From a virus (Duplodnaviria; Caudoviricetes): DNA of 31,551 nt. The DNA lies in IMG/VR virus record IMGVR_UViG_3300046744_000104, positions 1 to 31,551 of that record. One strand, given 5' to 3'. The notes beneath the pieces were generated by a model that made no database searches, was not told where the DNA came from, and saw only the letters and a list, made by a program, of their open reading frames with translations. Made by a program: the position numbers and the translations under genes. Positions 1-8,603 of this stretch are shown piece after piece (the stretch's first letter is position 1; every line of letters begins with the position of its first letter).

Positions 1-55
1 TATCAGCAAGGTCATCTTGTTGATACACTTTAAATTTATTTACAACTTATTAACA

Positions 56-490
56 ATGACACAATCCACCAACATCAACCCACTTACAGGCGAACCTATC
101 GGTACATACAGCAAGAGCGAGCCATTCGCAGACTTCTCAGACTGGAAAGGAGAGCCTATCTTATCAGAAGACCCTGCTATCAAACAGGCAGCTATGGACG
201 CAGCATCAGAGGACGCAGCTATTGCTAAAGCATTACAAGAAGCTAAAGAAGCTATGAAGTCCAAGCAAGTAGCACCAGCAGTCAAGGCTGTCAAAGCTAA
301 AAAGCTAGTACCAGCTAAAAAAGCGGCGAAGACTTCACCAGCCAAGAAAGCAGGCAGAGTTGTAGGTATATCAGCAGATGAGAACAAGTTACTTCAGAAT
401 TTGTTACAAACTGTGCAAGAGGATGCAAACTACAGTATAATTAGTAAGACAGCACCTTTCACAAAGCTAGCTGCTAGATACAACAAGTAA
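56..490 (+). CDS. Early hypothetical protein with acidic N-terminal half and Lys/Ala/Pro-rich (histone H1-like) segment
   Basis: ORF track 17..490; first ATG at 56 (MTQSTNINP...); contains PAVKAVKAKKLVPAKKAAKTSPAKKAGR. Confidence 0.6.
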   Translation: MTQSTNINPLTGEPIGTYSKSEPFADFSDWKGEPILSEDPAIKQAAMDAASEDAAIAKALQEAKEAMKSKQVAPAVKAVKAKKLVPAKKAAKTSPAKKAGRVVGISADENKLLQNLLQTVQEDANYSIISKTAPFTKLAARYNK

Positions 491-503
491 TAAGGAGAGA
501 ACA

Positions 504-941
504 ATGCCAAATCACTGTCACAATAGAGTCACGTTTTACTCTGCTAACACAGAGGACGTGGCTAAACTTAAAAAGATCTTTGAAGATGAGAATACATTTA
601 CACAGATTATACCAGAACCAGACTGGGCTAACACACCTAACAAGGATGGCGAGTTACCAGTACAGCCAACGGGTGATAACCCATATCATGTGCCAACGTT
701 TAAATCAACAGACAGACAAGATGACAGATGGTACGACTGGCGTAACCAGAACTGGGATACTAAGTGGGACGCATATGACGTAGTAGTCACAGATGACGAC
801 CCAGAATGTACAGAAGTAGAGTTCAATACAGCATGGTCGCCACCAGAAGCTATATGTTCTGCCATTAGAGAACAGTATCCTGACGTATCAGTCTCGTGGT
901 TCTATGACGAGCCCGGCTGTGAGATAGCGGGGTACTTATGA
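504..941 (+). CDS. YubB/DUF1281-like ferredoxin-fold domain protein
   Basis: AAGGAG RBS upstream; motifs MPNHCHNRV, WYDWRNQNWDTKW, FNTAWSPP and YDEPG resemble the DUF1281/YubB family. Confidence 0.75.
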   Translation: MPNHCHNRVTFYSANTEDVAKLKKIFEDENTFTQIIPEPDWANTPNKDGELPVQPTGDNPYHVPTFKSTDRQDDRWYDWRNQNWDTKWDAYDVVVTDDDPECTEVEFNTAWSPPEAICSAIREQYPDVSVSWFYDEPGCEIAGYL

Positions 942-1117
942 TAGATCAGAAACTCAAACCACTATACATGCTCATAAAGGTCGACGTTGACGCAGGCGTA
1001 GTGTACAATCAATGTCAAGCAGGCAAGTATGCAGTCAATCATTGTCACAATATGCACTATGAATTAGCTGACTGGTACTATCCTGATGACGAACAATACC
1101 CTTACATTGCCAAATGA
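938..1117 (+). CDS. Small hypothetical protein (59 aa, MIDQKLKPLY...YPYIAK)
   Basis: Not in the ORF track; translated manually. ATGA overlaps with the upstream stop (938-941) and the downstream start (1114-1117). Confidence 0.65.
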   Translation: MIDQKLKPLYMLIKVDVDAGVVYNQCQAGKYAVNHCHNMHYELADWYYPDDEQYPYIAK

Positions 1118-1293
1118 AACAGTTTGTACACATACTTACTATTGTTACAAACTTGTTCATCATTGGCGGTGTATCACGACACTGGAACAATGCAAGTACC
1201 CAACTACCTCCACCACAGCAAGAAAGCACAGAAGCCTACCAAAAAGCCACAAGCTTTACGGGCAGCCAAGAAACGTGCCAAAATGCTCGTTAG
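1114..1293 (+). CDS. Small putative membrane-anchored protein (59 aa, MKQFVHILTIVTNLFIIGGVSRHW...)
   Basis: Manual translation; ATGA-coupled to the previous ORF; hydrophobic N-terminal segment. Confidence 0.5.
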   Translation: MKQFVHILTIVTNLFIIGGVSRHWNNASTQLPPPQQESTEAYQKATSFTGSQETCQNAR

Positions 1294-1315
1294 AAAACTT
1301 ACACAATCATCATGA
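1190..1315 (+). CDS. Small basic cyanophage protein (MQVPNYLHHSKKAQKPTKKPQALRAAKKR...)
   Basis: ATG at 1190 within ORF 1124..1315; stop overlaps next ATG (ATGA 1312-1315); resembles a small PNxxHHSKK...KPQALR protein type I recall from cyanophages. Confidence 0.6.
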   Translation: MQVPNYLHHSKKAQKPTKKPQALRAAKKRAKMLVRKLTQSS

Positions 1316-1530
1316 CACCACCACTATATCGCTACTACTGCTGCGACTCAACCGACGGCAGACACTTTTGCTTCATGGCATCAGACGACATGGAAGCTGC
1401 ATACAGAGCAGATACCATGTGCAAGGAGTGGTATAACACCACCCTCAAGGACGTGTACCTTGACAAACACAACAACCCAAACAGACGTTACAAACCAAAT
1501 GACAAAGAAATACTTTCCCAACAACTATGA
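1312..1530 (+). CDS. Hypothetical early protein
   Basis: 72-aa ORF, ATGA-coupled to the previous gene. Confidence 0.65.
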   Translation: MTPPLYRYYCCDSTDGRHFCFMASDDMEAAYRADTMCKEWYNTTLKDVYLDKHNNPNRRYKPNDKEILSQQL

Positions 1531-1837
1531 TAGAATAGCCAAAGCACCAGCACATTGGTTTATGTCTATTGAGTACGAAGACTTTATGGATTGGAAGATG
1601 AACGGCTGGGATATACCAGAGTCGCACGACTGTATCATACGTACAATCAGCTGCAAGACTGGTAAGATCAAAGAGTTCGTGTATCAACAACACAAATCAG
1701 CTCGTAAAAAGGTCGCTAAACTTATCATGGAGCAAGAAGAGGAGTTCATTATCTGCACTCACGACCACATACAGCACATGAAACCCTACAAATACCTTAC
1801 AGACAATGAGAAGAAACAAATTGATCCCTTCGAGTGA
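1499..1837 (+). CDS. Cyanopodovirus-type early hypothetical protein
   Basis: ORF 1460..1837, likely ATG 1499 (MTKKYFPNNY...); KYFPNN / YEDFMDWK / CIIR...GKIKEFVY pattern recalled from genes just upstream of RNAP in these phages. Confidence 0.7.
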   Translation: MTKKYFPNNYDRIAKAPAHWFMSIEYEDFMDWKMNGWDIPESHDCIIRTISCKTGKIKEFVYQQHKSARKKVAKLIMEQEEEFIICTHDHIQHMKPYKYLTDNEKKQIDPFE

Positions 1838-2003
1838 TGTTTACACATATTACTCACAGGCTCTAGATATGCTAGACACAACACACCCACACTATCAAGA
1901 GATAGAAAGACACCTACTTGGACAGATTAAAGATGAACTCGCAGACAGATATAACACAAGACCAGATAGCGGAGCAGCTAGAACTAGAAAGGTCACAGAT
2001 TAG
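1806..2003 (+). CDS. Hypothetical protein overlapping the RNAP start
   Basis: 65-aa ORF filling the gap between 1837 and RNAP. Confidence 0.5.
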   Translation: MRRNKLIPSSDVYTYYSQALDMLDTTHPHYQEIERHLLGQIKDELADRYNTRPDSGAARTRKVTD

Positions 2004-4284
2004 TCAAGGTCTGAAGCGTTTGCGTGACCAGACATTCAAGTTAGAGCAACAGAATTACTCGTCAGCGAGTATATATGGCGTGAGTAGTATCGACACGCTG
2101 TTACCACACGTTGTAAAACGTATAGAAGATACAAATACAAAGATACATCAAGGTAAGTATGGTGCTGCTTTCAAGGACATACACCAATACCTATCTAATA
2201 TCGAAGCACTGGCTGCTGCGGCTATCGCTTGTAAAGTTACATTTGATAATGTATTCGGTTACAAAGATAAGTGCAACACAGCTACAAACATATGTAGTGC
2301 CATCGGCAAATCTATCGAGGATGAGTGCCAGATGCGACACTATGAAGAGAACGCACCAGCTCTACTCAAGACACTCAAGGACAACTACTGGCACAGAGCC
2401 ATAGGTACACAACAGAAACTCGTAGTAATCAGGACGCTGATGAACAGATACAATGTTAAACCATGGACACCGTGGGGTACATCCATACGTACCAAACTAG
2501 GCGGTTGGTTACTTGATTGCATCATGGATTCTAGTGGATGGTTTTATAAGCAAAGGCTGCGTGTTGGACGTAAGACTACTGTCTACATTGTACCAACAGC
2601 TGAGTTTATGGACATCAAGGATGAGGTGATGGCAAATGCAGAGTTATTCTCACCACTTGCATGGCCGATGCTAGTACCACCAAAGGATTGGACAAACACT
2701 GAGCCCGGCGGATACATCTTGAATGAAGTCATGCAAGGTCATGAGCTAGTCAGGAGAGGCGATCACGCCCTTATACAGGGAGAAATTCCACTGTCTTTTC
2801 TTAATAAAATACAACAGGTAAAATATCGGTTAAACCCGTTCGTAGTAAACACAGCTACGCTGTTAGAGGAAAGAGGTGTCAGTGTTGGTAAATTTCTGCC
2901 TATCGTACATTATGACTTACCACCAAAGCCCGTAGATATAGCCGAGTCCAAGGAATCTCGTAAACGCTATAGACGTGAAGCAGCGGAGGTAATGAATAAG
3001 AGAGCAGCAGAGTTCAAGAGATCCTGTCGCACAAGAATGACTATGGAGGCTGTCGCACGCTTCAAAGACAGAGAGTTTTACATTCCGTGGTCGTTTGATT
3101 ACAGAGGTCGAGCCTACCCTATCCCTGCATTTCTCACACCACAAGACACAGACTTTGGCAAAAGTTTACTTAACTTCGCTGATGCTGTCGCCTTGAACGA
3201 GGATGCAGAGGATTGGCTTGCCTTTCAAGTAGCTACAACTTACGGATTAGATAAAGCTACAATGCAAGAGAGACTAGATTGGACACATGACAACTGGTCA
3301 CTAATCTCACGTGTCTCACTTGATCCTATCGCTAATCTTGGCGATTGGGAAGCAGCAGATGAGCCGTGGTTATTCTTAGCAGCGTGCGAAGAGTTCCATC
3401 AATGTATAATAGTTAAGGAACGACTAACCACCTCATTACCTGTGGCAACAGATGCTACATGCTCAGGTCTCCAAATATTGGCTGGCCTAGCCCGTGATAA
3501 GTCTACAGCTAGACTTGTTAATGTTGTACCATCACACAAGCCACAAGATGCTTATGCAGTTGTTGCAGAAGTATCAAAACCTTACATACCAGAGAAGTAT
3601 AGAGAAGTATGGGATAGAAAGTGCGTCAAGCGTACTGTTATGACTATACCGTACAACGCTAAAGCTTACTCCAACAGATCTTACATCAAGGCTGCACTCG
3701 AAGAGAAAGGTCTAGATGTAGACAAAGATGACCTCACAATCATTGTTCAATCAGTTCGTCAGGCTATGCAGGCAGTAGTGCCCGGGCCGATGTCAGTTAT
3801 GCGATGGATAGAGAGTGAGGTAGGTCAAGCCATCAAACGTGGCGAAGATCACATAGAATGGACGACACCTTCTGGCTTCCTAGTTAGACAACGCTACTTC
3901 AAGAAGAAGATAGAACGTATCCAGCTACAGCTATTAGGTCGCTGCGATCTTTCCATCGCTGTAGAAGATGGGAAGGATGTCGACATCAACAGGCACAAGG
4001 CAGCTACAGCTCCTAACCTTATCCATAGTTTAGATGCAAGCCTCTTACACCTAGCTGTGCGTAAATTCGATGAGCCGATTGCACTAATACATGACAGTGT
4101 GTTAAGCAGGGCTTGCGATATGGGTAAACTTAGTGCTATAATAAGGGAAACATACATGATTCTGTTTGCAGAACATGACTACCTCAGAACCTTTGCTCTT
4201 TATGTTGGAGCAGAGACAGAACCACCGATCATAGGCGACTTACAGCCCGAGACGGTTATTGAATCAACTTACTTTTTTTGTTAA
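1933..4284 (+). CDS. gp1: T7-like single-subunit DNA-directed RNA polymerase (gp1)
   Basis: Motifs PMLVPPKDW, FDYRGRAYP, motif A DATCSGLQ, motif B RKCVKRTVMTIPY, APNLIHSLDA, motif C IHDS; likely ATG 1933. Confidence 0.98.
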   Translation: MNSQTDITQDQIAEQLELERSQISQGLKRLRDQTFKLEQQNYSSASIYGVSSIDTLLPHVVKRIEDTNTKIHQGKYGAAFKDIHQYLSNIEALAAAAIACKVTFDNVFGYKDKCNTATNICSAIGKSIEDECQMRHYEENAPALLKTLKDNYWHRAIGTQQKLVVIRTLMNRYNVKPWTPWGTSIRTKLGGWLLDCIMDSSGWFYKQRLRVGRKTTVYIVPTAEFMDIKDEVMANAELFSPLAWPMLVPPKDWTNTEPGGYILNEVMQGHELVRRGDHALIQGEIPLSFLNKIQQVKYRLNPFVVNTATLLEERGVSVGKFLPIVHYDLPPKPVDIAESKESRKRYRREAAEVMNKRAAEFKRSCRTRMTMEAVARFKDREFYIPWSFDYRGRAYPIPAFLTPQDTDFGKSLLNFADAVALNEDAEDWLAFQVATTYGLDKATMQERLDWTHDNWSLISRVSLDPIANLGDWEAADEPWLFLAACEEFHQCIIVKERLTTSLPVATDATCSGLQILAGLARDKSTARLVNVVPSHKPQDAYAVVAEVSKPYIPEKYREVWDRKCVKRTVMTIPYNAKAYSNRSYIKAALEEKGLDVDKDDLTIIVQSVRQAMQAVVPGPMSVMRWIESEVGQAIKRGEDHIEWTTPSGFLVRQRYFKKKIERIQLQLLGRCDLSIAVEDGKDVDINRHKAATAPNLIHSLDASLLHLAVRKFDEPIALIHDSVLSRACDMGKLSAIIRETYMILFAEHDYLRTFALYVGAETEPPIIGDLQPETVIESTYFFC

Positions 4285-4285
4285 A

Positions 4286-4861
4286 ATGCCCAAGAACGTA
4301 CACGTTACAGACGAAATCAAATTAGAAGGCTTCCAAGCCATACTAGAACCCGGCAAGTTCGGTTACTCACTCGCTGCTATTGTTGGCGAAGATGTAATTG
4401 ACAAGCTCGAGACAGAAAGAGCCGAAGTCCTTAGATGGGCTGAAGGCAAACTCAAGAATCCAAAGAGAGCCACCCTAAAACCTACACCATGGGAAGAGGT
4501 AGCAGATGGTAAATACAAAATCAAATTCTCGTGGGGAGAAGACAAGAGACCCGGTGTTGTCGACACAGAAGGTACACCAGTCACTGATGCAAAGACACCA
4601 CTATATGGTGGATCAACAGTTAAGCTTGGTTTCTTTCAGAAGCCATACATACTCAGGGATGGAGTTACCTACGGAAGTTCTCTTAAACTGCTTGGCGTAC
4701 AAGTTGTTGCTGTAGGAGAAGGTGCTGCTGTAGACACAGATAGCATGGATGAAGCAGCTGTAGCCGACATGTTCGGTACAACTGAAGGCTTCACAGCAAC
4801 AGCAGTCGCAAGAAACCCAGAGACAGTAGTAGCAGATGTCGAAGAAGACGAAGACTTTTAG
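4286..4861 (+). CDS. ssb: Single-stranded DNA-binding protein (T7 gp2.5-like)
   Basis: Position after RNAP; YGGSTVKLGF and SLKLLGVQV motifs; acidic tail ending EEDEDF with terminal Phe. Confidence 0.92.
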   Translation: MPKNVHVTDEIKLEGFQAILEPGKFGYSLAAIVGEDVIDKLETERAEVLRWAEGKLKNPKRATLKPTPWEEVADGKYKIKFSWGEDKRPGVVDTEGTPVTDAKTPLYGGSTVKLGFFQKPYILRDGVTYGSSLKLLGVQVVAVGEGAAVDTDSMDEAAVADMFGTTEGFTATAVARNPETVVADVEEDEDF

Positions 4862-5204
4862 ATCTAAGCTAGAACAGAGTGTCGCAAAGATACTCGACCA
4901 AGTCGGTGCTAAGTATGAGTATGAGACCCACAAGGTTGCTTATACCATACAGCACCTCTACAATCCCGACTTTGTCTTGGTCAACGGTGTAATGCTAGAG
5001 ACCAAAGGCTACTGGGATGCAGAAGATAGACGTAAGATCAAGGCGGTCATGCGAGACAATCCCGATATTGATTTACGTATGGTATTTCAAGCTCCTTACA
5101 ATAAGATCAGCAAGAAATCCAAAACAACTTACGCCCAATGGTGTGAAAAGCATGGCATCAAATGGGCATCAGCACACGCAATCCCCATAGATTGGTTAAT
5201 ATAA
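4836..5204 (+). CDS. gp3: Endonuclease I / Holliday junction resolvase (T7 gp3-like)
   Basis: FRSKLE, YNPDF, ETKG (PD-(D/E)XK) and TTYAQWCEKHG motifs. Confidence 0.95.
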   Translation: MSKKTKTFRSKLEQSVAKILDQVGAKYEYETHKVAYTIQHLYNPDFVLVNGVMLETKGYWDAEDRRKIKAVMRDNPDIDLRMVFQAPYNKISKKSKTTYAQWCEKHGIKWASAHAIPIDWLI

Positions 5205-6790
5205 TGAATGAAAGCGAATTTGTGGCACACGAACCATGTAACAACTGTGGTTCATCAGACGCTAACTCAGTTTACTCTGATGGTCACAAGTTTTGTTTTG
5301 CGTGCCAGACGTACACCCCTGCGGAAGGGGACACACCTACACCCATAATGAATAATGAACGAGTACAATTCCTCGGATCAGCTGAACAGCTGCATAAACG
5401 GAAAATCAGCGAAGCCACCAACAATTTCTACAGAATCTATAGATACGGAAACACCCTCCGCTTCCCATATTATAATGAAAGCGGCAATGTTGTTGGATTC
5501 AAAATTAAATCAAAAAAGAAAGACTTCCATTACGAAGGTGGAAAAACAGATCAACTCTTTGGTCAACATCTTTTCCCCACCAACGGGAAGCGAATAGTAA
5601 TTACAGAAGGAGAACTAGATGCTGCCTCTTGTTACGAGGTTATGTCGGGTTGGCCGATGGTCAGCCTACCTCATGGTGCGGCGTCAGCCAAGAAAGACCT
5701 CCAAAAAGCAATCCCATTCTTACAGGGATACCAAGAAATCGTCCTCTTCTTCGACAACGATGAAGCAGGGCGTCAGGCCGCTGAACTTGCCTCGGGAATA
5801 CTCCCATCTGGCAGAGTCAAAGTTGCCCGCCTCGAGAATTATAAAGATGCTTCAGATGCTCTCCAAGCTGGGGATACTGACAGTATCAGAAAAGCCATCT
5901 GGGACGCCAAGCCATACAGACCAGACGGAATCATAGATGGTAAGCAACTATTTGATGTAGTTACTGAACCAACTAAACCATGTGACCATGAGTACAAATA
6001 TAGTGGACTTAATGAAAAGCTACATGGTATAAGATATGGCGAACTTATTACGATCACAGCCGGTACAGGCAGTGGTAAGACTTCATTTGTTAGAGACCTA
6101 GCAACTGACCTGTGTAAACAGGGAGAGACTGTAGGCATACTAGAGTTGGAGTCAAATACAAAACGTACAGCTCTTGGCTTAATGTCAGCAGCTGTAGGTA
6201 AAGCACTCCACATCGGAGAACACGAAGAAACAGAACTTAAGGAGGCTTTTGATGCTACGCTCGCTAATTGGAACGTTTTTCTTTTTGATGGCTTTGGTAG
6301 CTTTGACCCAGATGTTATTTACAACAGGATCGAATACCTTGCCAGTGGATTGGAATGTCGTGTTATATTCCTAGACCACCTCTCTATATTACTATCAGGA
6401 CTTGATGGCGATGAGAGACGTATGATAGATAGCACAATGACTAGACTACGTAGTTTAGTTGAACGTACAGGCATCACCCTTTATTTAGTATCGCACTTAA
6501 GGAGAAGTAGCAATGACAGTAATACGCACGAGGAAGGAGGACGTGTATCCCTCGGACAACTACGAGGATCTCACTCGATCTCTCAAATCAGCGATAGCGT
6601 CATCGCTCTGGAGAGAGACCAACAAAGCGAAGATAGCAACAATACTACAACTGTGCGAGTTCTTAAAAACCGTTACTCAGGAGAGGTTGGAGTCGCTACA
6701 AGATTAACCTACGATCTAGCATCGTGCCAATTTTATGAGACAGATGAAACTAAGACAACACCAGTTTTCGACGCAAGCACAGACTTCTAG
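5204..6790 (+). CDS. gp4: DNA primase/helicase (T7 gp4-like)
   Basis: Zn finger CNNC...CFAC; TOPRIM ITEGELDA and FFDND; Walker A AGTGSGKT; DHL; LRGS; KNRYSG; ATG 5204 in a TAATG junction. Confidence 0.97.
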   Translation: MNESEFVAHEPCNNCGSSDANSVYSDGHKFCFACQTYTPAEGDTPTPIMNNERVQFLGSAEQLHKRKISEATNNFYRIYRYGNTLRFPYYNESGNVVGFKIKSKKKDFHYEGGKTDQLFGQHLFPTNGKRIVITEGELDAASCYEVMSGWPMVSLPHGAASAKKDLQKAIPFLQGYQEIVLFFDNDEAGRQAAELASGILPSGRVKVARLENYKDASDALQAGDTDSIRKAIWDAKPYRPDGIIDGKQLFDVVTEPTKPCDHEYKYSGLNEKLHGIRYGELITITAGTGSGKTSFVRDLATDLCKQGETVGILELESNTKRTALGLMSAAVGKALHIGEHEETELKEAFDATLANWNVFLFDGFGSFDPDVIYNRIEYLASGLECRVIFLDHLSILLSGLDGDERRMIDSTMTRLRSLVERTGITLYLVSHLRRSSNDSNTHEEGGRVSLGQLRGSHSISQISDSVIALERDQQSEDSNNTTTVRVLKNRYSGEVGVATRLTYDLASCQFYETDETKTTPVFDASTDF

Positions 6791-6908
6791 CTTGCAGAAA
6801 CCAACACCACCAACCAGACAAGATAAGAAACGTGCCAAATTCAGAGACAAAACCTATCACGCTCCTGTTCGATCTGGAGACAACACCTCTAGACGCACAA
6901 AAAACTGA
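6735..6908 (+). CDS. Small protein overprinted on the primase end and exonuclease start (57 aa, ...QKPTPPTRQDKKRAKFRDKTYH...)
   Basis: Manual translation ATG 6735 to TGA 6908; KPxPPT...RAKFxDKTY pattern recalled at this position in related phages. Confidence 0.5.
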   Translation: MRQMKLRQHQFSTQAQTSSLQKPTPPTRQDKKRAKFRDKTYHAPVRSGDNTSRRTKN

Positions 6909-7374
6909 TATACACTGTATCGTTACACTTGACTATGAGACAGGTGAGACTACTCGATACAATGATATCGGAGGAGACCAACCTATAGTCAGGGCTGTTC
7001 AGTATCTAGAACTAGCTGACACTATTATAGGACATAACATCATAGGATTTGATATACCTGTGATTAAGAAGATATACCCATGGTTCAAACCAAAGGGACG
7101 TATCGTAGATACATTATTATTATCAAGGCTATACCACGCTGATATGCTTGAAGTCGACAGAAAGACTAAGCCATCAGGTATGCCACCAAAGCTGTACGGG
7201 CGTCATTCGCTTGAATCCTACGGCTACCGATTAGGAGAATACAAAGGGGACTTTGGTCAAACTTCTGATTGGCTAGAATGGAGCAAGGAAATGGAAGACT
7301 ACTGCGTACAGGACACTATTGTTACGAAGAAGCTATGCCAACATTTCCACCCTTACCTGATTGGGTCCAACTAG
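6832..7374 (+). CDS. DNA polymerase 3'-5' exonuclease domain (N-terminal part of split gp5)
   Basis: ExoI FDLET, ExoII GHNIIGFD, HSLESYGYRLG, ExoIII YCVQD; stops at TAG 7372-7374. Confidence 0.93.
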   Translation: MPNSETKPITLLFDLETTPLDAQKTDIHCIVTLDYETGETTRYNDIGGDQPIVRAVQYLELADTIIGHNIIGFDIPVIKKIYPWFKPKGRIVDTLLLSRLYHADMLEVDRKTKPSGMPPKLYGRHSLESYGYRLGEYKGDFGQTSDWLEWSKEMEDYCVQDTIVTKKLCQHFHPYLIGSN

Positions 7375-8597
7375 AACATCAGGTCGCACACATACTACAA
7401 CAACAAGAAGAACATGGATGGTATTTCAACGAACGAGAAGCATGTGAGCTCGAATCAGCTCTCAGAGGAGAACTGGAAGAAGCTACAGGCTTACTACGCA
7501 AAAAATACGGGTTCGTTAGCGGAGCGTTGTTTACACCTAAGCGAAATAACAGGACACAAGGGTACGTACAAGGATGCCCATTTACAAAACTTAAACAACT
7601 TAACCCAACATCAAGAGACCACATAGCATGGATACTGAAGACCCACGAGAACTGGACACCGACACAGCTAACAGCCACAGGCAAGCCAGTCGTAGACGAG
7701 ACAGTATTGAAAGATATTGGGTCGGAGACAAGCCTGTTGTTTCTGAAATGTCTAGATATTACCAAGAAATTGGGGATGATCTCGGAAGGCGTGAACGCAT
7801 GGCAGAAGCTATCTACGACGTGTAACAGAATCCACCACCATTGCTCAGTCGCAACGAATACATTTCGCTGTGCACACAGAAAACCAAACCTCGCACAAGT
7901 ACCATCAGATGAAAGATTTAGAAAGCTATTTCAAGCTACACCTACTAAAGTTCTGGTCTCTGCCGATCTTAGTGGCATTGAGCTCAGGATGCTCGCCCAC
8001 TACCTCGCCAGATACGATCAAGGACGTTATGCTAGAATCCTTACAACAGGAGATATACACCAAACCAATGCAGAAAGGATCGGAATTACTAGAAGACAAG
8101 TTAAAACAGTTACCTACGCCTTCCTTTACGGTGCCGGAAACATTAAATTAGGGAGGAGTTTTGATAAGTTACTATCCGAAGAATCCGCTGCACGAAAGGG
8201 AGCCGATATACGTAAAGCTTATGTTGCTGCCATTCCGGGTCTTGCGGAGCTGCTACAGGCTTGTAAGGTACGTAGTTCGAGAGGTTATGCAATGTCCATC
8301 GACGGTCGTCGTATCAGCGTGGACAAAGGGCATAAGTTTCTCAACTACCTCTTACAGGGATCAGCAGCGTCAATCGCCAAAAGATGGATGGTCACCATAA
8401 ACGAGTGCCTTCCATCCGACGCACACCAGTTATCATTCGTACATGACGAACTCAACTACGAATGTTATCCCAAAGATGCTAAGGAATTAGCACAATGGCT
8501 AGAGCTTGCAGCCAAATTTGCAGGCGAACATTACAACCTAAGATGCCCTATTGCAGCTGAAGCTAAGATAGGCAAGACTTGGGCTGACGTACACTAA
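7335..8597 (+). CDS. polA: Family A DNA polymerase, polymerase domain (C-terminal part of split gp5); Tyr762 type
   Basis: PNLAQVP; motif A DLSGIELR; motif B KTVTYAFLYG; motif C VHDE; frame is -1 relative to the exonuclease ORF; ATG at 7335 (frame open from 7269). Confidence 0.95.
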   Translation: MPTFPPLPDWVQLEHQVAHILQQQEEHGWYFNEREACELESALRGELEEATGLLRKKYGFVSGALFTPKRNNRTQGYVQGCPFTKLKQLNPTSRDHIAWILKTHENWTPTQLTATGKPVVDETVLKDIGSETSLLFLKCLDITKKLGMISEGVNAWQKLSTTCNRIHHHCSVATNTFRCAHRKPNLAQVPSDERFRKLFQATPTKVLVSADLSGIELRMLAHYLARYDQGRYARILTTGDIHQTNAERIGITRRQVKTVTYAFLYGAGNIKLGRSFDKLLSEESAARKGADIRKAYVAAIPGLAELLQACKVRSSRGYAMSIDGRRISVDKGHKFLNYLLQGSAASIAKRWMVTINECLPSDAHQLSFVHDELNYECYPKDAKELAQWLELAAKFAGEHYNLRCPIAAEAKIGKTWADVH

Positions 8598-8603
8598 ACC
8601 ACC

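Noticed and set aside
40-387. Hydrophobic 115-aa minus-strand ORF
   Set aside because: Antisense mirror of the Ala/Lys-rich + strand gene; the hydrophobicity comes from complementary GCT/AAA codons
1086-1436. 116-aa ORF from the track
   Set aside because: The region is better explained by the ATGA-coupled ORFs 938-1117, 1114-1293, 1190-1315 and 1312-1530
7020-7030. CACTATTATAG shared with 15092-15102 as a repeated phage promoter
   Set aside because: An 11-nt AT-rich match inside coding sequence with dissimilar flanks; expected by chance
6832-8597. Pseudogene, intron or intein explanation for the split polymerase
   Set aside because: All catalytic motifs are intact, there is no inserted sequence, and the ORFs overlap at the domain boundary
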